Below, one piece after another: positions 59,283 through 64,000 of a stretch of DNA of 64,000 nucleotides. The DNA comes from Synechococcaceae cyanobacterium (lineage in GTDB: Bacteria > Cyanobacteriota > Cyanobacteriia > PCC-6307 > Cyanobiaceae). The stretch lies in the NCBI GenBank assembly GCA_947461705.1, contig CANHMF010000001.1:388-64387 (forward strand), given 5' to 3'. Below the pieces are notes generated by a model. The model saw nothing but the letters and a program-made list of their open reading frames with translations. It had not been told where the DNA came from and did not search any database. The position numbers and the translations under genes were made by a program. Positions within the stretch are counted from its first letter, which is position 1; every line of letters begins with the position of its first letter.

Positions 59283-60928
59283 TGCTCCCCCGTTGCTGGG
59301 TGCTGAGCCTGCTGGCGTTGTCATCCATGGCCCTGCCGCCGTCTGCCTGGGCCCAGCAGCGGCCGCCTTCGCCGGCCCTGCTGCGCAGCCTCGAGGGTTT
59401 TGCCCGCGATGTGCAGCAGTTGGATCAAACGGGTCCTGACGAGAACCCCGCGGCCCCGCCGCCCCCGTTGCGCGAGGCAGAGCTGCCGGTCCTCGATCTG
59501 CCGGCCCCTTCAGCCCTGGCGCTGCCGAAACAGGCGACGGCCCTCACCATGCAGCGTCGGGTGCTGCTCTCGCTGCCCCAGGCCCTGGCCCTGGCGGTGC
59601 GCAACGACCCCGATCTGGCTGAGCAGGTGGCGGCCGTGCGGGAGCGCCAGGGGTTGCTGGCGGCGGTGCAGGGCCGCCTGCTGCCGGAGTTGGGCCTGGC
59701 GGTGGGGGGTGCCTTCAGTCAGCTGAGGGCTTCCAGCGTGGTCTGGCAGGACAACGCCGGTCTCTATCCGGCGGACTCGCCCTTTCTGGTCAAGCCCAAG
59801 GGTCGGAACACCATCCAGACCAACCGGGGCCTCGGCTATGCCGCGCTGCGACTCGATTACGAGCTCTTGAGCTTTGAGCGCACCGCTGCCCTGGGGCAAT
59901 CGGGCGCCAGCCTGGGGGAGGCGCGCCAGCGCTATGCCAACCGGGTGCGACAGCTGCAGCTGGAGGTGAGTGAGGCCTACTACGGGCTGCAGTTGGCCGA
60001 TCAGCTCTGGCGGATTCGCCAGGCCGTGACCCTCAACGACACGGTGGTTCGTGATCAGGTGGCGGCCCTCAAGGCCAGTGGCCTGGTGCCTCGGGTCGAC
60101 CTGCTTCGGGCCGAGGCTGATCTGCAGCAGGGCCGCTTCCGCCTCTCCCAGGCCGATGCCCAGCGCCTCAGCCGCCAACGCCAGCTCAGCAATCTGATCA
60201 ACGTTCCCTTCGACGTGACCCTGGTGGCACCGGAGGCGATCCGCCTGCTGCCGCCCTGGCCCCTGGATCTGCAGCAGACCCTGATCCGCGGCTGGACGGA
60301 GAATCCCCAGTTGCTGGCTCTCCAGCAGGCTCGCCAGGCCCTGCTGCTGCAGGCCGATCGCCAGGCGGCCAGCCTGTTGCCGAGCCTGCGGCTCTTCGCC
60401 CAGGCGGGGGTGGCCGATGGCCTGGCAACCCGCCCTCTGGTGAAGCTCGAAGGCTGCTGTTCGGAGTCCGTGATTCCCCAGGTGAACACCGGCAGTGCCG
60501 ACTGGGCAGCCGGCATCAGCCTGAACTGGACGCTGTTTGACGGTGGGGTTAGCGCGGGCCAGGTGAGCGCCAGCCGCGCTGCGGCCCAACGCACCGAGCA
60601 GGCCAGTGCGAGGGAGCGCAATGCCATTCGCCAGCGCCTGGAGAGCGCCTACTTCGATCACACGGCATCACTGGATCAGATCCTGGCGGCGCGGGCCGCC
60701 TATCGCGCCGCCCGTGAGGCCTTCCGCGATGTGCGGGCTCGCTACCAGCTGGGCCTGGCCGACTACACCGATGTGAGCGACACCATCCGGCGGCTCACCG
60801 AGGCGATGGAGGCCCGCGCTGAGGCGGTCACCCTGGCCAATGTGAGCTACGCCCGCCTGCTGCGGGAACTGCTGCCGGTGTCGGATCGGCCGGATCAGTC
60901 GGTGCTGCTGCCGCTGGTGTTGCCCTGA
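59282..60928 (+). CDS. TolC family outer membrane efflux protein
   Basis: Signal peptide; LSL.QAL.LA..NDP.L, V.EAYY.L, GLVPRVDLLRAE, LNWTLFDGG, RYQLGL. Confidence 0.9.
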   Translation: MLPRCWVLSLLALSSMALPPSAWAQQRPPSPALLRSLEGFARDVQQLDQTGPDENPAAPPPPLREAELPVLDLPAPSALALPKQATALTMQRRVLLSLPQALALAVRNDPDLAEQVAAVRERQGLLAAVQGRLLPELGLAVGGAFSQLRASSVVWQDNAGLYPADSPFLVKPKGRNTIQTNRGLGYAALRLDYELLSFERTAALGQSGASLGEARQRYANRVRQLQLEVSEAYYGLQLADQLWRIRQAVTLNDTVVRDQVAALKASGLVPRVDLLRAEADLQQGRFRLSQADAQRLSRQRQLSNLINVPFDVTLVAPEAIRLLPPWPLDLQQTLIRGWTENPQLLALQQARQALLLQADRQAASLLPSLRLFAQAGVADGLATRPLVKLEGCCSESVIPQVNTGSADWAAGISLNWTLFDGGVSAGQVSASRAAAQRTEQASARERNAIRQRLESAYFDHTASLDQILAARAAYRAAREAFRDVRARYQLGLADYTDVSDTIRRLTEAMEARAEAVTLANVSYARLLRELLPVSDRPDQSVLLPLVLP

Positions 60929-61107
60929 TCCAGCCGCCGGTTGCGCCAGGCCAGGCTGCGCCACAGCAGCAACACCAGCAGGGCCGCAAACCAGAACCAC
61001 ACCTCCGGGGCGTTGGCGTGCAGCAGCACCACCAGCAGCGCCAGCTGCAGGGCTACAAAAGGCAGCTCCCGCCGCAGGGGAGGCTGTAGCCGATCCCAGA
61101 TGCTCAT
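60895..61107 (-). CDS. Small 2-TM hypothetical protein
   Basis: ATG overlaps adaptor stop; MSIWDRLQPPLRRELPFVALQL... Confidence 0.65.
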   Translation of the reverse strand: MSIWDRLQPPLRRELPFVALQLALLVVLLHANAPEVWFWFAALLVLLLWRSLAWRNRRLDQGNTSGSSTD

Positions 61108-62363
61108 TGTTGCCTCAGTTGCGGGGTGGCCTGGCGCTCCTGGTGCAGGGTTCGGTAGCTGCCGGTGAGGTTCCTCAGGGCGGGCACCACATAACTCAAG
61201 GGCGTGCGCCATTCCACATAGCCATGGGCCTTGAGGGTGAGGCCCTCTCGGATCGGGAACACAGTGCTGCCCTTGGACAGGGTCCAGCGGTAGCCGTCGC
61301 CCTGGATGGGGTGGCGGCGCAGGCTGATCTCAGCGCGCATCACCGGGCCGTCCTTCACCAGGGATTCGGCCAGCTGGGGGTTGCCCATGGTGGTGTCCAC
61401 GTCTGCACTGGTGGCCGGCAGCAGGCTGACCCGCTCCACGACACCCAGCATCCCGCCGAAGCGGGCGCGCTCCTTCCAATCCGGCACCACCTCCACCGGT
61501 AGCCCCTCGGGTAGGCGGCGTGCATCGGCGGGGGCGAAATAGGCCACGGCCTGCAGACCATCGGCCTTGGGGCCACCGAGGGTGCCCAGGCGCTGGCCGG
61601 CCTTCACCGTCTGGCCACGCACCACCTGAATGTCCAGGATCTGGCCGTCGCGTTCAGCCAGCAGCGTGCCGTCGTAGCGCAGGCGGGTGCGGGTCACCTG
61701 GATGGAGCGGCGCAGCTCGTCAATGCGGAAGCGGCGCTGCAGCTGAGTGGTCTCCACCTCCAATTTCACTGTTTGGTAGGCATCGATGGCCTCCTTTTCG
61801 CGGATCTTCAACTCCGCTGCGGAAAGTTCGAGCTGCGTGGCCCGGTCTGCGGTGGACACCACCTCCTGGGCCAGGGGCGCCACCACCTCCTGGCGGGCCA
61901 GATAGCGGAAATCGCTCACCTTCTGCTCGTAGGTGGCCCGCAGCTCGCGGTAGCGGCCCAGATCCCTTGCCAACTTGGCCAGGGCTGTGTCGCGGACCCG
62001 CTGGGCCGAGGCCAGGCGGAGTCCGTCGCGGCGGTTGAGGTCGTCATTGAGCCGGACCAGCTCCCGCAGGTCGCGCTCCTGGCGCCGCAACTCCTGCTCG
62101 AGGGTGGGTAGGTAGAGCTCCAGCAGCGGCTGGCCGCGCCGCACCCGCTCGCCAACCCGGACCGGGATCCGCAGAATCTGTCCCGGTGCCCTGGCATCTA
62201 TCACCGTGGCTCCGCCCGGCACGATCAGCACGCCGCGGCCCACCACCTCGGTGGGCACGCGCCAGAAGCAGAACCAGATGGTTGTGAGCAGGCCCACGCC
62301 CGCTAGGACCAGCCCCACCTGGCCTTCGGGATCGGCGGCGGCACGCAACAGGCGTCGGCGCAT
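61104..62363 (-). CDS. HlyD-family adaptor, NHLP/NHLM bacteriocin secretion protein-like
   Basis: TM then VPTEVVGRGVLI, coiled coil, RFGGM.G.V..VS..P, GYRWTLSKG, RTPLSYVVP. Confidence 0.82.
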   Translation of the reverse strand: MRRRLLRAAADPEGQVGLVLAGVGLLTTIWFCFWRVPTEVVGRGVLIVPGGATVIDARAPGQILRIPVRVGERVRRGQPLLELYLPTLEQELRRQERDLRELVRLNDDLNRRDGLRLASAQRVRDTALAKLARDLGRYRELRATYEQKVSDFRYLARQEVVAPLAQEVVSTADRATQLELSAAELKIREKEAIDAYQTVKLEVETTQLQRRFRIDELRRSIQVTRTRLRYDGTLLAERDGQILDIQVVRGQTVKAGQRLGTLGGPKADGLQAVAYFAPADARRLPEGLPVEVVPDWKERARFGGMLGVVERVSLLPATSADVDTTMGNPQLAESLVKDGPVMRAEISLRRHPIQGDGYRWTLSKGSTVFPIREGLTLKAHGYVEWRTPLSYVVPALRNLTGSYRTLHQERQATPQLRQQ

Positions 62364-62411
62364 GGGCTCAGGGCTGTCGTCCCAGAATGGGGCCAGACAG
62401 GCAGATCGCTG

Positions 62412-62825
62412 ATGACACCCCCGCCACTCCATCGCCTGGGCCATGTGGCTCTGCGCGTCCAGGACATGGAGCGTGCCAAGGCCTTCTACAGCGCCCTGGG
62501 CCTTCGCCTCACCTGGGATGCCGCGGACTGGGCTTACCTCCAGTGGCCTGACACCGGCGAGGGCATAGCCCTGCTCAGCCCCGACTACAAGGCAGCCGGG
62601 CCCCACTTCGCCTTCCATTTCCAGCAGCGCGCTGAGGTGGACCAGGTCCATGCCCAGTTGGAGGCGGCGGGTCACCCCTGTGGCCCCGTGCATGATCATC
62701 GCGATGGAACCGCGTCCTTCTATTTGCAGGATCCCGAGGGCAACTGGCTGGAGATGCTTTACGAGCCGGCTGAGGGCCTGCCTTCCAACATCGGTGCTGC
62801 ACCCATTGCCGCTGGCCGGGTGTGA
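62412..62825 (+). CDS. VOC/glyoxalase family protein
   Basis: LGHVALRV.D, PHFAF, FYLQDPEGNWLE. Confidence 0.92.
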   Translation: MTPPPLHRLGHVALRVQDMERAKAFYSALGLRLTWDAADWAYLQWPDTGEGIALLSPDYKAAGPHFAFHFQQRAEVDQVHAQLEAAGHPCGPVHDHRDGTASFYLQDPEGNWLEMLYEPAEGLPSNIGAAPIAAGRV

Positions 62826-64000
62826 GCGCAGGCGCTGTGCACGACATCCAGGCTGAAACGCTGGAGCTCCTGGAGTGGGCTCGCCTGGGGGAGCATGTGG
62901 CTGGCTTTGCCGGCACGACCGCCGGCCGCAGCGTCTGCCTGCAGCTCCCCCTGGCGCCGGATCGGGCCGAGAGCCAGCGTCTGCTGGCTGAAACCACCGA
63001 GCTGCTGGCCCTCGATGGCCTCACCGAGGGTGGGCTCAACTTCCAGGGCGTGGTGGATCTGAGTCGCACCCTGCAGCTCTGCGCCAAGGGCGGCATCGCT
63101 CCGGCTGACGACCTGCTCGCCGTGGCCACAACCCTGGCGGCAGCGCGGCGCCTGCGCCGCCAGATCGATGATCCCGATCTGCGCCCCGTGACCACCGCCC
63201 TGGTGGAGGAGCTGCGCACCCTGCCGGAGCTGGAGCAGCGCCTGCGCTTCTGCATCGACGATGGCGGCCGGGTGGCCGATCGGGCCAGCCCCCCCCTGGC
63301 GGAGCTGCGGCGGCAGATCGCTGCCACCCGTGCTGATCGCCGCGATCGCCTCAATGGGCTACTGCGGCGCTTCGCCGCCCTGTTGCAGGACAGCGTGGTG
63401 GCGGAGCGCAACGGCCGGCCGGTGCTGGCGGTGAAGGCCGGAGCGGCCAGCCAGTTGCCCGGCCTGGTGCACGACAGCTCGGCCTCCGGCAGCACGGTGT
63501 TCATCGAGCCCCAGGCGGTGATTCCCCTGGGCAATCGCCTGCGCCAGCTCGAGGGTGAAGAGCGCGAGGCGGAGCTGGCGGTGCTGCAGGAGCTCAGCGG
63601 CTTGGTGGCCGCCGAGCAGGAGGCCCTCACCCACCTGCAGCAGGTGCTGGTTCAGCTCGATGCCGGCGTGGCCCGTGCCCGCTATGGCGCCTGGCTGGGG
63701 GCGGTGCGGCCGCAGCTGGAGGGCGATGCCTTGGCCCCGTTGGTGCTGGAGGGCCTGCGCCATCCCCTGCTGCTCTGGCAGGAGCGGCGTCAGCAGGGCC
63801 ATCCAGTGGTGCCCGTGGCCGTCACAGTGGGCTCCCCGCTGCGGGTCGTGGCGATCACGGGCCCCAACACCGGCGGCAAAACGGTGACCCTCAAGAGCGT
63901 GGGCCTGGCGGCGCTGATGGCGCGCGCCGGCCTGTTTCTGCCCTGCAGCGGCACGCCCCGCCTGCCCTGGTGCGCCCAGGTGCTGGCGGATATCGGCGAT
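62822..64000 (+). CDS. mutS2: Endonuclease MutS2, 5' part (runs off window)
   Basis: Manual translation from GTG 62822: ETLELLEW..., GLVHDSSASGSTVFIEP, LRHPLL, ITGPNTGGKTVTLK. Confidence 0.93.
   Translation, partial: MSAGAVHDIQAETLELLEWARLGEHVAGFAGTTAGRSVCLQLPLAPDRAESQRLLAETTELLALDGLTEGGLNFQGVVDLSRTLQLCAKGGIAPADDLLAVATTLAAARRLRRQIDDPDLRPVTTALVEELRTLPELEQRLRFCIDDGGRVADRASPPLAELRRQIAATRADRRDRLNGLLRRFAALLQDSVVAERNGRPVLAVKAGAASQLPGLVHDSSASGSTVFIEPQAVIPLGNRLRQLEGEEREAELAVLQELSGLVAAEQEALTHLQQVLVQLDAGVARARYGAWLGAVRPQLEGDALAPLVLEGLRHPLLLWQERRQQGHPVVPVAVTVGSPLRVVAITGPNTGGKTVTLKSVGLAALMARAGLFLPCSGTPRLPWCAQVLADIGD

Overview
High-GC picocyanobacterial chromosome segment (Cyanobium/Synechococcus-type, inferred from cpcG/cpcS, psbX, hli, ycf66, the sufR-ftrC-sufBCDS cluster and a permuted two-piece tmRNA). 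Mostly conserved backbone: bcp (partial), PPTase, rarA, RND efflux pair, pgm, PLD nuclease, suf cluster, gltS, S9 peptidase, def, rpsU, comM, ABC transporter, accC, tRNA-Leu(GAG), msrB, smc, tmRNA, dnaJ, hemB, mutS2 (partial). No integrase, transposase, prophage or CRISPR array was recognised. The most unusual parts are (1) a cassette between hemB and the VOC/mutS2 genes with two paralogous Cys-motif small membrane proteins coupled to TolC, convergent with an NHLP-type secretion adaptor and a third small membrane protein; (2) an amine oxidase-methyltransferase-AKR-methyltransferase run divergent from DUF1543-mtnA-class II aldolase (DHAP-shunt-like salvage) with a 19-bp palindrome upstream of mtnA; (3) a decaying low-GC islet between dnaJ and hemB; (4) structured intergenic RNA candidates upstream of tRNA-Leu and downstream of rpsU. 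All family assignments come from motif recognition by eye; no database search was run.
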